Shown here in pieces: positions 63,553-64,000 of a stretch of 64,000 bases of DNA (positions are counted from its first letter, which is position 1; each line of letters starts with the position of its first letter). The notes beneath the pieces were generated by a model, which saw nothing but the letters and a program-made list of their open reading frames with translations, did no database searches and had not been told where the DNA came from. The DNA lies in assembly GCA_003278855.1 (NCBI GenBank), contig QCCU01000006.1:1578-65577 (forward strand), read 5' to 3'. Source of the stretch: Prochlorococcus sp. AG-347-M23. Lineage in GTDB: Bacteria > Cyanobacteriota > Cyanobacteriia > PCC-6307 > Cyanobiaceae. The translations under genes were made by a program, and so were the position numbers.

Positions 63553-64000
63553 GTGGCTGATGGGATCATGAATAAAGATCAATTACTCTCACTAACCCTC
63601 AGACAATTACGTCAAGAAGCAAGTAAATTATCGGTTCCGCTTTACAGTCGCAAAACAAAAGCCGTTTTGGTTGATTTGATACTTAAATATCAAGAAAAAT
63701 CTACAAAGAAAACATACACAACATCTCCTGATTCAAAACCTGAAAAAACTCCTGAGTCCAATGCTTTCAACAATAGTGAAGAAGTTAAAACAAATGTAGT
63801 TTTCCTACCACGAGATCCAGATTGGGCTTATGTTTTTTGGCAAATTTCTGATGCAGATAGAGAAAAAGCACAATCATTAGGAGCCAATAAATTATGTTTA
63901 AGATTATTTGATGCATCTGGTTCTGAAGGAAGTAACTTTAATCAAGGAACACTTAGGGAGATAACAGTTGATAGCTATAGTACAGAGTGGTACTTGCCAA
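63553..64000 (+). CDS. DUF4912-type protein with N-terminal Rho-N-like domain (runs off window end)
   Basis: GTG 63553 or ATG 63568; MNKDQLLSLTLRQLRQEASKLSVPLYSRKTKAVLVDLI, later LPRDPDWAYVFW and EWYLP; open to 64000. Confidence 0.85.
   Translation, partial: MADGIMNKDQLLSLTLRQLRQEASKLSVPLYSRKTKAVLVDLILKYQEKSTKKTYTTSPDSKPEKTPESNAFNNSEEVKTNVVFLPRDPDWAYVFWQISDADREKAQSLGANKLCLRLFDASGSEGSNFNQGTLREITVDSYSTEWYLP

Overview
Low-GC picocyanobacterial chromosome segment. Gene order and proteins (grpE-dnaJ, murBC, gap, efp-accB, guaA, flv3-flv1, alaS, speA, gatB, argJ, smc, accC, psbX, ycf66, hli, sufBCDS) match a streamlined Prochlorococcus-type genome; this assignment is from recognition, not a search. 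Most of the window is tightly packed core genes. Main points: (1) a ~2.1-kb integrase-less element at the 3' end of guaA, bounded by a perfect 15-bp direct repeat (TATTGAGTGGGAATA, 18160-18174 and 20257-20271), with tandem arm-type-like motifs inside both ends and one TPR-sulfotransferase gene as cargo; (2) an accessory block between argJ and ssrA with a short ParA/McdA-like ATPase overlapping a small membrane-anchored partner gene; (3) a circularly permuted two-piece tmRNA; (4) a tRNA-Leu with the rare AAG anticodon; (5) a stand-alone LigD 3'-phosphoesterase-like gene before smc; (6) a YqjD/YqjE-like pair; (7) several small ORFs missing from the ORF track. No CRISPR array, IS element, integrase or rRNA was found.
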